Shown in pieces: positions 9,205-19,112 of a DNA stretch of 64,000 nucleotides. Each line of letters opens with the position of its first letter. The stretch's first letter is position 1. A program made the translations under genes and the position numbers. The notes beneath the pieces are model-generated. The model worked only from the letters and a program-made list of their open reading frames with translations, was not told where the DNA came from and searched no databases. The DNA comes from a virus. The stretch is taken from IMG/VR virus record IMGVR_UViG_3300043449_002510, positions 32,001-96,000 of that record; one strand, written 5' to 3'.

Positions 9205-11274
9205 ATGCCCAACATTTTAATTAATCCAAGCTCAGGAATACTGGAATTCAATACAGGAATAGCCGGTGGATCATCTTTTTCTTCACTTTCTGGCGCGTCG
9301 AGGTTTACTTTTAATAGCGGCGAGATTAATCTTGCCAGTTACGCAACTGGCGTAAAAGACCGTTTTACTATTGATGGTTCGGCTGGCCGCTTATTTTCTG
9401 TCTCTGATGCATTAACGGGCACAATTTTTTCTGTTAACGATATAGCGGGCCTTCCGCTTATTGAAGTTGTTTCAACCAGCGGCGACACCATTACAATGGG
9501 GCCTTATAATACCAGCACTTTTGTAATAAAAGATACCAAAGTTGGCATTGGAACTGGAAATCCATCTTATATTTTAGATGTAAATGGATCAGCAAAAATC
9601 TTATCAATTTATGCAGATGGAGATAATGGAACTAGAATGGGAGCTATTGCAGAAGGTTTTGTAACAAATAGAACTTTATCTGTTGGAACTGTTACCTCTG
9701 GTCCTAATTATGCAAATTGTCAAGCTGTTATTATAGGTACAACTTCGACAAGGCATGCTTTAGTTGTTCAAGGATTAGATTCAACTTATACAGCAAATCT
9801 TTTGAGATTTAGAGTCGGAACAAATGTTGTTGGATTTATTAATTCTGGAGCTAACTTTTTTGCAATGGGTGGTACAGGAAATACTTCTGCCGCCATTAAA
9901 AGTTCTGGAATCTCTATTCAGGCAAGATTAGCTGATGATAGTGATTTTGCAGATTTTCAAGCAAAAAATATAACAGCAAATTCAAGCGGTATATTCGGAA
10001 GTGGATTTTTTAGAAGTGGCTTGTCTGCCAGTGGAACTTCAACATTTTATAATCAATTAAATGTTTCTGGAATAAAGTATGATGTATTGACGGGAACACA
10101 AATCCCACCAGCTTATCAAGAAGGTTTCTCTTGGTATGATGATGATAATAAAGCTTTATCTTATTATAATGATGTAAATGGAGTTCCAGTTCATATGGGA
10201 CAACAGCAGCTTGTAAGAGGAACTAATAATCTTCCATTTACTTTAACAAAAGGACAAGTAGTTTATATAACAGGCGCGGGTGGAGGAGACAAGTTCCCAG
10301 GTTTTAGTTTGGCTTTAGCTACTGGCGACAATACCTCCGCAAGAACTATTGGAGTAATTGCAAACGACATTACTTCAAATGGAAAAGGTTATGCAATTTC
10401 ATTCGGCAAATTGGAAGGAATAGATACGAGCGCATATAACGTTGGAGATACTCTTTATCTTTCTTGGACATCTAGCGGAAGTTTTACTGGAGCTAAACCT
10501 CAAGCACCATATCACATGGTCAGAGTCGGCACTGTTTTAAGACAAGGCAACTCTTCCAATGGAGTTATCTTTGTTACCATTCAAAACGGTTATGAATTAG
10601 AAGAATTACATGATGTAAGAATTACCAATCCGCAAAATAATCAAGCAATATTATGGAATTCAACAAGCGGAGTTTGGGCAAATGAACAAATAAGTACTGG
10701 AGACATAAATGGAATTAATAATTTGGTTACCGTTAGTGGAAATCAAACAATTTATGGAAATAAAACATTTGCCGCTGACTTAAATGCAAGCTCTCTTATT
10801 ATAGAACCAGGAAATTTAAGAATTTTTGATAGCGTACTTTCTGGTGATGTTTTTAATTTAACCGAAGGTTCAAATTGCATTGTAAATGGAATTGGTTGTC
10901 AAATTGATTTGTATAGTCAAGTAATTAGCGGATTTGAAATTTATTCTCAAAACATCTACCAAAATGGAAGCTTGGTTATTACTTCAAACGATACTGGTGA
11001 CTTTTTATCAGTATATTCTAATGTAGTTTATACTACTGGAAACCAAACAATCAATGGAATTAAAAATTTTACAAATTCTGTCGGAATTAATAATATATCT
11101 CCATCATATACATTTGACGTAAATGGAAGCGGCAATTTCACTAGTGGCATTTTGACAAGTGGAAATTTTGAATCTTCAACTGCTTCCAATGGAATAATAT
11201 TAAAGTCCCCAAATGGTTCCAGATACAAAATAACAGTAAATAACGATGGATCTTTAAGTACAACATTAATATAA
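9205..11274 (+). CDS. Tail fibre-like/virion structural protein
   Basis: KVGIGTGNPSYILDVNG fibre motif, ELEELHDVRITNPQNNQAILWN motif, and a block shared with the 655 gene. Confidence 0.75.
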   Translation: MPNILINPSSGILEFNTGIAGGSSFSSLSGASRFTFNSGEINLASYATGVKDRFTIDGSAGRLFSVSDALTGTIFSVNDIAGLPLIEVVSTSGDTITMGPYNTSTFVIKDTKVGIGTGNPSYILDVNGSAKILSIYADGDNGTRMGAIAEGFVTNRTLSVGTVTSGPNYANCQAVIIGTTSTRHALVVQGLDSTYTANLLRFRVGTNVVGFINSGANFFAMGGTGNTSAAIKSSGISIQARLADDSDFADFQAKNITANSSGIFGSGFFRSGLSASGTSTFYNQLNVSGIKYDVLTGTQIPPAYQEGFSWYDDDNKALSYYNDVNGVPVHMGQQQLVRGTNNLPFTLTKGQVVYITGAGGGDKFPGFSLALATGDNTSARTIGVIANDITSNGKGYAISFGKLEGIDTSAYNVGDTLYLSWTSSGSFTGAKPQAPYHMVRVGTVLRQGNSSNGVIFVTIQNGYELEELHDVRITNPQNNQAILWNSTSGVWANEQISTGDINGINNLVTVSGNQTIYGNKTFAADLNASSLIIEPGNLRIFDSVLSGDVFNLTEGSNCIVNGIGCQIDLYSQVISGFEIYSQNIYQNGSLVITSNDTGDFLSVYSNVVYTTGNQTINGIKNFTNSVGINNISPSYTFDVNGSGNFTSGILTSGNFESSTASNGIILKSPNGSRYKITVNNDGSLSTTLI

Positions 11275-11315
11275 TTTTTCAGTGTAATTAAAATAAACAA
11301 CAATATAATAAATAT

Positions 11316-11651
11316 ATGCCATTACCATTACCAAACCCAGTAGTTATACCTTCAACTCAAGAAAAGCAATATGATACAGCTTGGATTTATAATTTAAGCG
11401 TTCATGCGCCCGCCAACAATGCTGGCCGCATAAGTATAGAAGTGTTGCCATACAATCAACAAACCCAAGAAATAGCGCCCGGTTCTTACGTTCAAACAAT
11501 ACACACTGATAAGTTGTTTGAAGCAATGGCTGCTGTTCCAGAAGTTCAACAAGCTTTTGGCGCAATTCTTAACGCCATTGAACCATTAAGAACTTGGATT
11601 GCTGCGCAACAAACTCCTGCCCCTGCTCCAGAGCCAACTCCAGAGCCATAA
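11316..11651 (+). CDS. Small fibre-associated protein with a Pro/Glu-rich C-terminus
   Basis: 111-aa ORF between fibre genes, preceded by the GTGTAATT motif. Confidence 0.65.
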   Translation: MPLPLPNPVVIPSTQEKQYDTAWIYNLSVHAPANNAGRISIEVLPYNQQTQEIAPGSYVQTIHTDKLFEAMAAVPEVQQAFGAILNAIEPLRTWIAAQQTPAPAPEPTPEP

Positions 11652-11663
11652 TAGGAACATAAA

Positions 11664-13505
11664 ATGCCGCGCCACATAATTGATTCAGGAATTCAGTTCA
11701 TTAATGCCATAAATACATCAGGGGTTCCCTTGACTATTTCTGGCGTTAGTGGACAGAGTTCCAATTTGCTTAGAACAATAAACGGCGCAGATGGATCAGT
11801 TTTAACTTCTTTAAGAAGCAATGGATATGTTGGCTCAAAAGGTTTAAAAATAACAAATGATTCAAATGCTGATATAATAACTCTTTCATTATATAATAAT
11901 TATGGATTAATGGTTGATTGTTACGGTGGTCAAACATTTTTTAGCAATTCAAATGGAACAATAGTAACATTAGGTGGTTATATAGGTGGAACAACTAATG
12001 GATACTTTGCATTAGGAGCAACTACCTTAAATAATAGTGTTAATGCTGGTCAAGACACGATTTTTTATCGTGACGCCGCTGGAATATTCGCCCAAAGAAA
12101 TGGTGTAAATTCTCAAACTTTTAGAGTTTATAATACTTATTCAACAACTGGCAATTTTGAAAGAGGCAAAATAGGTTGGAACAACAACGCTTTTGAAATT
12201 GGAACCGAACAAGGTACAACTGGTGGAGTTGCAAGAGATTTGCGCTTTTTAACTAGCGGCTCTGGAAGAATGACGATTACTAGTGGCGGAAATGTAGGAA
12301 TAGGTACAATTAATCCTACAGCTAATTTAGATGTAGATGGTAGTGTAAAAATTGCTAGCGCCAGAAATAATCAATTTCCTCTTTCTATTTACGGAGGTAA
12401 TAGTTCCGCTCAAGCGTGTCATATAATATTGTACAACAATGTTCCTGTTGGAGTTATTAAAGCAGGTGGCAATGGTACAGTTGGGCAAGGATTCGCTAAT
12501 TCAAGTTATAATTACCAACTTTTTGTTAGATGGTCAGATGGTAATGTTGGAATAAATACAACATCACCAAATTATACTTTAGATGTCAATGGCTCTGGAA
12601 TTTTCCAAAGTGGTTTATCAGTTAGCGGTCAAATCATAACAAATCAACGTCCATTAATAAATGGCACCCCAGTTCTTCTCAGCGGAGAGGGCGGCGGAGC
12701 TACTCCAGCAAATTTAGTTTATACAACTGGTACCCAAACAATAGCTGGAGAAAAAACTTTCAGTAATAAAGCCAATTTTTATTCTGGTTTTTCTGTTGGT
12801 AATAATTATTTAAACGCTGACTTTAATAGTTTCGAAATTTTCGATGATCCAAATTTCCTTACTGTAATGAAGTATGCTGAAAATACTGAATTTTATTTTG
12901 AAGGGCCATCTGGAGCAAAAGTTGATGTATGGAATAGCAATGTTTCTAATTTTGATAAAATTTCTTCAAATTTAATTTCTGGCACTAACCTCAGTTTAGA
13001 AAGTGGAATTAAATTTAACGGAGGCATTTCTAATAAAAGCTTCGAGATCTATAAAGATGACAAAACTTACAATTTTAGCATGGGGCCTACTGGAACTTGG
13101 GGCGCTTTTGGTTCAACTTTAATTTCTTTAACTAGTGGTGGCCCAAACATTAGTAATAATTTTACTCCATCTTTTAAATTAATAGATCAATCAAATTCTC
13201 AATTTTTTGAAATTGGTGGATATTCTGATGATGAACAATATGGTTCATTTAGCACTTTTAGAATGGGGAGCGAGGGGCTTGGATATTGGAGTGCAGGTGG
13301 TGGAATTTTTGCTGTAAGAGGAACAAATGTAGGTATAGGTACTGCTTATCCTGGTCATAAATTAGATGTAGATGGTAATATTAATGCCACTAGTTTTTCT
13401 TCAAGTGGAAACGCAGGAATGACAACTTCCGTCTCTGTTATAGATAATAGCAACAATGTAATTACATTAAACTTTGAGAACGGATTACTTATATCAATAA
13501 CTTAA
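11664..13505 (+). CDS. Tail fibre-like protein, partial paralog of the 655 gene
   Basis: N-terminal ~200 aa homologous to the 655 product; three NVGI(G/N)T..P...LDV.G motifs. Confidence 0.75.
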   Translation: MPRHIIDSGIQFINAINTSGVPLTISGVSGQSSNLLRTINGADGSVLTSLRSNGYVGSKGLKITNDSNADIITLSLYNNYGLMVDCYGGQTFFSNSNGTIVTLGGYIGGTTNGYFALGATTLNNSVNAGQDTIFYRDAAGIFAQRNGVNSQTFRVYNTYSTTGNFERGKIGWNNNAFEIGTEQGTTGGVARDLRFLTSGSGRMTITSGGNVGIGTINPTANLDVDGSVKIASARNNQFPLSIYGGNSSAQACHIILYNNVPVGVIKAGGNGTVGQGFANSSYNYQLFVRWSDGNVGINTTSPNYTLDVNGSGIFQSGLSVSGQIITNQRPLINGTPVLLSGEGGGATPANLVYTTGTQTIAGEKTFSNKANFYSGFSVGNNYLNADFNSFEIFDDPNFLTVMKYAENTEFYFEGPSGAKVDVWNSNVSNFDKISSNLISGTNLSLESGIKFNGGISNKSFEIYKDDKTYNFSMGPTGTWGAFGSTLISLTSGGPNISNNFTPSFKLIDQSNSQFFEIGGYSDDEQYGSFSTFRMGSEGLGYWSAGGGIFAVRGTNVGIGTAYPGHKLDVDGNINATSFSSSGNAGMTTSVSVIDNSNNVITLNFENGLLISIT

Positions 13506-13520
13506 GTGTAATTATAAATA
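13506..13520 (+). promoter_or_regulatory. Representative putative late promoter motif GTGTAATT
   Basis: GTGTA(A/T)(T/A)(T/A) recurs just upstream of starts at 9186, 11282, 13506, 15116, 17058, 19070, 29416, 42875, 56757 (+) and 61267-61274 (-). Confidence 0.7.
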
Positions 13521-13521
13521 T

Positions 13522-14031
13522 ATGAAAGTTGTTGACATTGCCAACGAAATTTATCTTGAAAACGCCCAACCATCCGACACGAGCATTCCCGCCATTGCTT
13601 TTTGGATTAGATCAAATATTGGCAAATTAAATAATTTAATTTATACAAATTATTCAATTAATCAAACTAATTTAGAAGTAGTTGATTCTTCTGGTAACGA
13701 AATTGATATTTTAGCCGCCGCAATAGTAAAAACAATGTATAAAGTTTATAGAGTTGAACTTGACATAAGAGGTATATTGGGAGGTATAGGAGTTGATTCA
13801 GTTCTCGAAGCAAGAGATCAAGACTTTTCAGTCAAGAAAATAAACAAAAGTGAATTATTAAAAACAATGACGGCTTTCAAAAAAGACTCACTCAAAGAAC
13901 TTCATGATTTAGTTCATAACTACAGAAGTTACAATGGTTCGCCTTCTCAAGTCGCTGGAGATGATACTGTCGTTGGTTATTATGCAGGTATAACTTCTCA
14001 ATATGTAAGATCAAGCGTTGGCGGAACTTAA
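13522..14031 (+). CDS. Putative head-tail adaptor (neck) protein
   Basis: Helical 169-aa protein, first of four genes before the tail tube; call by synteny. Confidence 0.45.
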   Translation: MKVVDIANEIYLENAQPSDTSIPAIAFWIRSNIGKLNNLIYTNYSINQTNLEVVDSSGNEIDILAAAIVKTMYKVYRVELDIRGILGGIGVDSVLEARDQDFSVKKINKSELLKTMTAFKKDSLKELHDLVHNYRSYNGSPSQVAGDDTVVGYYAGITSQYVRSSVGGT

Positions 14032-14043
14032 TGAAAAATATTT

Positions 14044-14502
14044 ATGCCAAGTTTAGTTTCAAATTCAGAAAAACAGATTCTTACGGGTTTGTATAGAGAT
14101 ACATTTGATACTTTCTCCCGCGATATAGTCATTTTTAAAGAGCCAATAAAACAACAATTAATAACTGGTCCATCTAATCCGGGGCTTTTTGGTTTTGGAG
14201 ACGGGCAAATTCAACAAGAATACACTTACATTCCTGTAAGCGGAGTTTTTCCAGCAATTGTTCGTTATATTAATTTTAAAGGAAATATTTCAAGTAAAGA
14301 AGTGATTGATGAAACAAATGCTTTTATGCCATTTGGCGAAGTTATTATAAAAATAAAGCCAGATTGTCATGAATTTATTCAAAACGGAAAAACAGAGAAA
14401 TTTTCTTTTGATGATAGAGATTTTTATTTTGACGGTGAAGCAAAAGCCATGCCATTCTTAGGCGCCCTTTATTATACATATCAATTAAAAGCAAAATCAT
14501 AA
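14044..14502 (+). CDS. Putative head-closure/stopper protein
   Basis: 152-aa beta-rich protein; call by synteny. Confidence 0.45.
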   Translation: MPSLVSNSEKQILTGLYRDTFDTFSRDIVIFKEPIKQQLITGPSNPGLFGFGDGQIQQEYTYIPVSGVFPAIVRYINFKGNISSKEVIDETNAFMPFGEVIIKIKPDCHEFIQNGKTEKFSFDDRDFYFDGEAKAMPFLGALYYTYQLKAKS

Positions 14503-14503
14503 A

Positions 14504-15121
14504 ATGTCTAACGTTTCATTTAAAGTTAATTATATTGAATTGGGAAAAATCTTTGAACAAAAGATTGATTCTGATTCAAGGGTTGGCAATTTAGTGGACA
14601 ATTATATCAAAAATTTTTTTCAAAAGAATAAAAATTTATTAATCTCAGAATTTAATAATCATAAAATTACTGTTGAATTAAGAAATGGTCCTGGGGCTTC
14701 AAATATTAGTAATACATTAGGTGGATATGGTAATTTATTTTCATTTTTTGGATTCTTTCAATCTAAAAATCCAACAAAAGAATTAGAAGATTTATTGTCT
14801 TCGATGTCTATAAGAAAAACAACAAGAAAAGGTAGAGTTTTTTATTATACAATCAACTTACCAACAAAATCTCAAATAGCGGAAGCAACAAGAATGGATT
14901 GGGGTTCTGGGACAAGTTGGGCTTATGCCGTTGAAAGCGGTGGATTTGGTGGAGATGCAGATTTATCACATTATATTTATAAAACTTGGTTAAAAGGCAG
15001 ATCGAAAAAAGGTGTTCAAATTAAAGCAAATTATTCAGAAAAAAACTTTTCTCCAAAACCTTATCTTACTCCTATTTTTGAAAATTTTCAAAAAAGAATC
15101 AATGCTAATATACAAGTGTAA
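14504..15121 (+). CDS. Putative neck/tail-completion protein
   Basis: Basic protein with WAYAVESG and FSPKPYLTP motifs reminiscent of HK97 gp10-like proteins; synteny. Confidence 0.45.
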   Translation: MSNVSFKVNYIELGKIFEQKIDSDSRVGNLVDNYIKNFFQKNKNLLISEFNNHKITVELRNGPGASNISNTLGGYGNLFSFFGFFQSKNPTKELEDLLSSMSIRKTTRKGRVFYYTINLPTKSQIAEATRMDWGSGTSWAYAVESGGFGGDADLSHYIYKTWLKGRSKKGVQIKANYSEKNFSPKPYLTPIFENFQKRINANIQV

Positions 15122-15131
15122 TTAATTTAAT

Positions 15132-15965
15132 ATGCACCCGCAATTAGATAATAAAATAATAACAAGCTTCCTTTTGTATATTGATAATAGAATTCAACAA
15201 GTGGGAGAAGCGTATTATAATACAAATGGATTATTTTATCCAACAATAAGCAATGTAAATGGTTTATATGCTTATACTTGCCCATATAAACAATTATGTA
15301 ATGATCTTTCGGTATCAAATGCAACAGTAATGTCTGGCGTTTATTTAAATAATACATATGTTTCTGTTGGACAATCTGGTTTAGTAGCTATAAATCATTA
15401 TGATGGAGCCGTTTATTTTAATTCAGGTTTACCCAAAAATACTATTGTAAGTGGAAATTTCGGAATTAAAGAATTTTCTGTCTATTTATCTGATCAACCT
15501 GATTATAAATTATTATTTGAAACCAAATATTATCCAAATCCCAGATATGGAAATATACCCAAGAGTGGACTTGCTTTAGATACAAAAACAGCTCCCGCTG
15601 TATATTTAACAATAAAAAGTCAAGAAAATAAACCTCTTGCTTTTGCTGGTTTAGATGATAATTCAATACAATTAAGGGCAGTTATTGTTGCCGAAAATGT
15701 TTATCAAAAGATTGCTGTTTGTAATATATTAAAAAATTTATATATGCGACCATTTAAATTAATAGAATCTACTCCAATTGATTATTTGGGCAATATGACT
15801 GGAATTAATTATAATTATGCCGAACTTCCGGCTAGTACTTTTTATAAACCATTAGTATTAAAAAGTAAAGTTTCTGAAATTAATCTTGATGGTGAGTTTT
15901 TGGATATGAAAAAGCAATTTGCCTTTGTTGACTTTGATATCTCCACTTGGAATGGTAATGTTTAA
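15132..15965 (+). CDS. Putative tail terminator protein
   Basis: PAVYL...PLAFAG C-terminal half; immediately precedes the tail tube gene. Confidence 0.45.
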   Translation: MHPQLDNKIITSFLLYIDNRIQQVGEAYYNTNGLFYPTISNVNGLYAYTCPYKQLCNDLSVSNATVMSGVYLNNTYVSVGQSGLVAINHYDGAVYFNSGLPKNTIVSGNFGIKEFSVYLSDQPDYKLLFETKYYPNPRYGNIPKSGLALDTKTAPAVYLTIKSQENKPLAFAGLDDNSIQLRAVIVAENVYQKIAVCNILKNLYMRPFKLIESTPIDYLGNMTGINYNYAELPASTFYKPLVLKSKVSEINLDGEFLDMKKQFAFVDFDISTWNGNV

Positions 15966-16064
15966 AAAGGATATTTTTTCACATAAGTTATTAAAAAATG
16001 TATCTATAATTAGATTTAAGATTTTAAAATCATTATAAAAAATTAATAAATAAAGGAATTTTAT

Positions 16065-16991
16065 ATGCCAACATCAATACCAAGAGTCGCTTATTTTGCA
16101 CAATCTGGAAAGTTAGTTCTTCCAAGAACTGGAATCGGTCAATCTGGAGAAACTATTTATGTTTTACCAGTTAATTCTGCAAATATTGAAGTAACTAGGC
16201 CAATTGAAGCCGTAACTGCTTTCGGACAATTTGATTCTTTAAATACTGCCCAAACTAATATTACCACTTGCAAGAGCACTCTCAAAGTTTATTTGGGAAC
16301 AGGAAATTTAATTTCTGGGTTAACAAGTACTCTTCTTGATGAATTAATTTCGACAACTCAAAGTGGAAAAATTGGAATTATAGTTGAACCTGCCGGTTTT
16401 AAAATGACTGGAATTCTTTCCAGTATTGGAATCGATATTTCTCTTGGAAGCTTTGCAATGGCAGATTTAAGCTTCGATGGAGTAGGAAACCCAGAAATTA
16501 CTGATGGCACATCGTCTGCTACAAGTCCAGGAACCAGAGCTATGACAATTGCTCCTGTCACCACTTTGTCTATTGGCAGTGGTCAAGCTTTATCTGGAAT
16601 TTTTGCTACTTCAATAAAATTCTCTTATGATCTTCCAACTGAAACCCTTGGCGCCCTTGGAGAAAATCCAAACGCAATTCAATCAGAAATGAGAAGTATC
16701 ATTGCTACTAAAGCGCCATATAAATCAAGTATTACTGTTGAAGGATATGGAATTGATCTTTCTAGCGGAAGACTTGATACTAGTATTACTGGAGTTTTCG
16801 GAATTGGAAATATAGGGGTTTCTCTTCCAAAGGCAAAGATTAGTTCTAAATCGTTAAATAACGCCGCCGGTCAAGTTAGTGCAACATTTAGTATTACTGC
16901 TGAAGACGTTGGAGCTACATTTAGTACAATTGGTGTCTCGGGTTACGCTCAAAACTTCTCACAATCTGGTCTTCCAATGTACGGCGGTTAA
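16065..16991 (+). CDS. Major tail tube protein (putative)
   Basis: 308 aa, S/T/G-rich beta protein with two similar halves; AAAGGA RBS; followed by a terminator, chaperones and the TMP. Confidence 0.65.
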   Translation: MPTSIPRVAYFAQSGKLVLPRTGIGQSGETIYVLPVNSANIEVTRPIEAVTAFGQFDSLNTAQTNITTCKSTLKVYLGTGNLISGLTSTLLDELISTTQSGKIGIIVEPAGFKMTGILSSIGIDISLGSFAMADLSFDGVGNPEITDGTSSATSPGTRAMTIAPVTTLSIGSGQALSGIFATSIKFSYDLPTETLGALGENPNAIQSEMRSIIATKAPYKSSITVEGYGIDLSSGRLDTSITGVFGIGNIGVSLPKAKISSKSLNNAAGQVSATFSITAEDVGATFSTIGVSGYAQNFSQSGLPMYGG

Positions 16992-17022
16992 TATTGAAAT
17001 TATATTTAATATTAAAAACATT

Positions 17023-17055
17023 AAACCCCAAATTATTTTGGGGTTTTTTGTTTTT
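17023..17055 (+). terminator. Rho-independent terminator after the tail tube gene
   Basis: AAACCCCAAA-ttat-TTTGGGGTTT stem-loop followed by TTTGTTTTT. Confidence 0.85.
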
Positions 17056-17085
17056 ATGTGTATATCCTTTTAAGGAAAAAGGATT

Positions 17086-17364
17086 ATGGTGGAAAACAAT
17101 CTCATCTCTCTTCAGATAGAGAAGGAAATAACTTCTCTCTTCAAATTTTATTTAGAAGAACTTGAGCAACTCAAGTTAGATCCAGAAAAACACGAAATAC
17201 TCCGCAAAAAAATATTAGACCATGGTAATGATACTATAAGAAATACTTTAATTTTCTTGGGATATTTTGATTTTACAATAAATACCAAAAAAGTAGAAGA
17301 AGCTTCAAAAAATAGAATTGTTTATAAAAAAACCATTATTTCTAATCCGATTTTTATAAAATAA
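17086..17364 (+). CDS. Hypothetical protein
   Basis: 92-aa ORF with AAGGA RBS and an upstream GTGTATAT motif. Confidence 0.7.
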   Translation: MVENNLISLQIEKEITSLFKFYLEELEQLKLDPEKHEILRKKILDHGNDTIRNTLIFLGYFDFTINTKKVEEASKNRIVYKKTIISNPIFIK

Positions 17365-17368
17365 ATAT

Positions 17369-18199
17369 ATGGAAAAAGAAAAGCAAAAATACATCTACGA
17401 AACAACTGTAAAAAAAGAAGTTTTTGAAAAGGTAACTGAAGAACGCGAAGAAAATGGACAAAAAATTCAAGTTACAAAAGAAGTAAAAAAAGAAAAGCCA
17501 GCAAAAATAGCTATTTTAAAACCAGATCGTAAAAAATATAAAGAAGCTGAAATTTTTTACGCAAAAACTCTTTCTAATTATTTAAAAGAAGGCTTGCTTC
17601 CTCATTCATTAGTTTCTAAAAGATATATAAACGATGGTGGTCCATTAACTGAAAGTGAAAAGAAAACTCTTAATGCAATGCGTGATAGATATAACGAATT
17701 GCAAGAAGAATATTTTAAAATGGAGAATCCATTAACTGATGAACAAAACAAAAGACGTGGAGAAATTATTCTCGAAATGAGCGAAATTAATCGTTTAGTA
17801 AAAGAAATTAAAAATTCTTATTCTGATATTTTTGAAAATACTGCAGAAGCTAAAGCTAAAAATGACACCATTGAATGGTGGGTTTTAAATTTGAGCTTAA
17901 TTAATGAAGATAATTCTGAGTACAAGTTATTTTATGGTGATGGAGATTTAGATTCTAAAATTAATTCTTTGGAAAATATTGAATCAAAAGATGACCCTTT
18001 TTATAACGAAGTAATAAAAAAATTATCTTATTTTATTAGCTTTTGGTATGCTTCTGGTGCTAATGCTAGTTTAGAAGATTTTAAATCAGCAGAAGAACAC
18101 TATAATTTAAATATTTCAACCTACTTAAAAGAAGAAATTACCCCCTCTGAAATAGATAAAAAAGTAGAAGAATTAAAAAAGGAAGATAAAAATTCTTAA
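17369..18199 (+). CDS. Putative tail assembly chaperone 1
   Basis: Charged, helical 276-aa protein between the tail tube and TMP genes. Confidence 0.55.
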   Translation: MEKEKQKYIYETTVKKEVFEKVTEEREENGQKIQVTKEVKKEKPAKIAILKPDRKKYKEAEIFYAKTLSNYLKEGLLPHSLVSKRYINDGGPLTESEKKTLNAMRDRYNELQEEYFKMENPLTDEQNKRRGEIILEMSEINRLVKEIKNSYSDIFENTAEAKAKNDTIEWWVLNLSLINEDNSEYKLFYGDGDLDSKINSLENIESKDDPFYNEVIKKLSYFISFWYASGANASLEDFKSAEEHYNLNISTYLKEEITPSEIDKKVEELKKEDKNS

Positions 18200-18208
18200 A
18201 TTTGAAAA

Positions 18209-19069
18209 GTGGACAATAAAGAAGAATTAAATATTTCAGAAGTAGACGAATTAAAACTTTTTTATTATGAAATTTTGAATGGTTCGTCTTTTATTTCAGA
18301 CAATTCTTTTTTTATAAAACACTTCTCAGAAAGAGAAAGTTATTTAATTCAAAAAAAGAAAATTGAGCTTTTCTATTACTACGCAAAAGAGGGGGTTCCT
18401 CATGAATCTGAAGTTTTAGAAAATTCTTTAAAAAATGGGGAATGGACAAAAGAAAAAGAAAACAAAATCCTTGAATTAAAATTTGCTATTTCTGATAACG
18501 AAAGAAATATTCAAAATATAATAATCGAACAGCGACCTTTGATTCAGGCCGCTATAGATGAGAATAAAAAAGAATTATCTGAATTAATTATTGAAAGAAA
18601 ACAAGTTTTAGGTAAAAGTGTTGAAGATTTAGTTGATGATGATATAAATGACTATATTTCTTTTATATCCTTTTTTAAAGATGAAAAATGTAAAATCTCA
18701 GCATTTGAATCTTTCGAAGAATTTGAAAAAATTGATTTTTATCAAATTTTAAAATTAAACAAAATCCTTTCTTCTCATTATGAGAAAATATCAGAATTAG
18801 TTATTAAGAAAATAGCTGCAATGCCATTTTTTTTAAATAAATTTTCTTATGCAAAAGAAGATATAAGTTCTTTTTTGGGAGTTCCATTAAATGATTTAAC
18901 TCATAATCAAAATCATTTATTTTCTATTGGAATAAGAAATTTAAATGTTTTATCCAATACAAACGGGAATCCTCCAGATTTATCATTGGGAGCAAAACCA
19001 ATAAACTTAGTAAATTGGTACGATATTCAAAATTCTATACTTATTTCAAAAAGAAATCAATCAAAATAA
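18209..19069 (+). CDS. Putative tail assembly chaperone 2 (GTG start)
   Basis: Charged, helical 286-aa protein directly upstream of the TMP. Confidence 0.5.
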   Translation: MDNKEELNISEVDELKLFYYEILNGSSFISDNSFFIKHFSERESYLIQKKKIELFYYYAKEGVPHESEVLENSLKNGEWTKEKENKILELKFAISDNERNIQNIIIEQRPLIQAAIDENKKELSELIIERKQVLGKSVEDLVDDDINDYISFISFFKDEKCKISAFESFEEFEKIDFYQILKLNKILSSHYEKISELVIKKIAAMPFFLNKFSYAKEDISSFLGVPLNDLTHNQNHLFSIGIRNLNVLSNTNGNPPDLSLGAKPINLVNWYDIQNSILISKRNQSK

Positions 19070-19112
19070 GTGTAATTTACTTTATAGTTATAAACTATAA
19101 AGGTAAAAGAAT

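Noticed and set aside
18175-18209. A_AAA_AAG slippery site near the end of tail chaperone 1, suggesting a lambda G/GT-type -1 frameshift
   Set aside because: The -1 frame stops almost at once (AAA GGA AGA TAA). The downstream ORF is in the same frame as the first, behind two stops (TAA, TGA), so neither frameshift nor readthrough fuses them.
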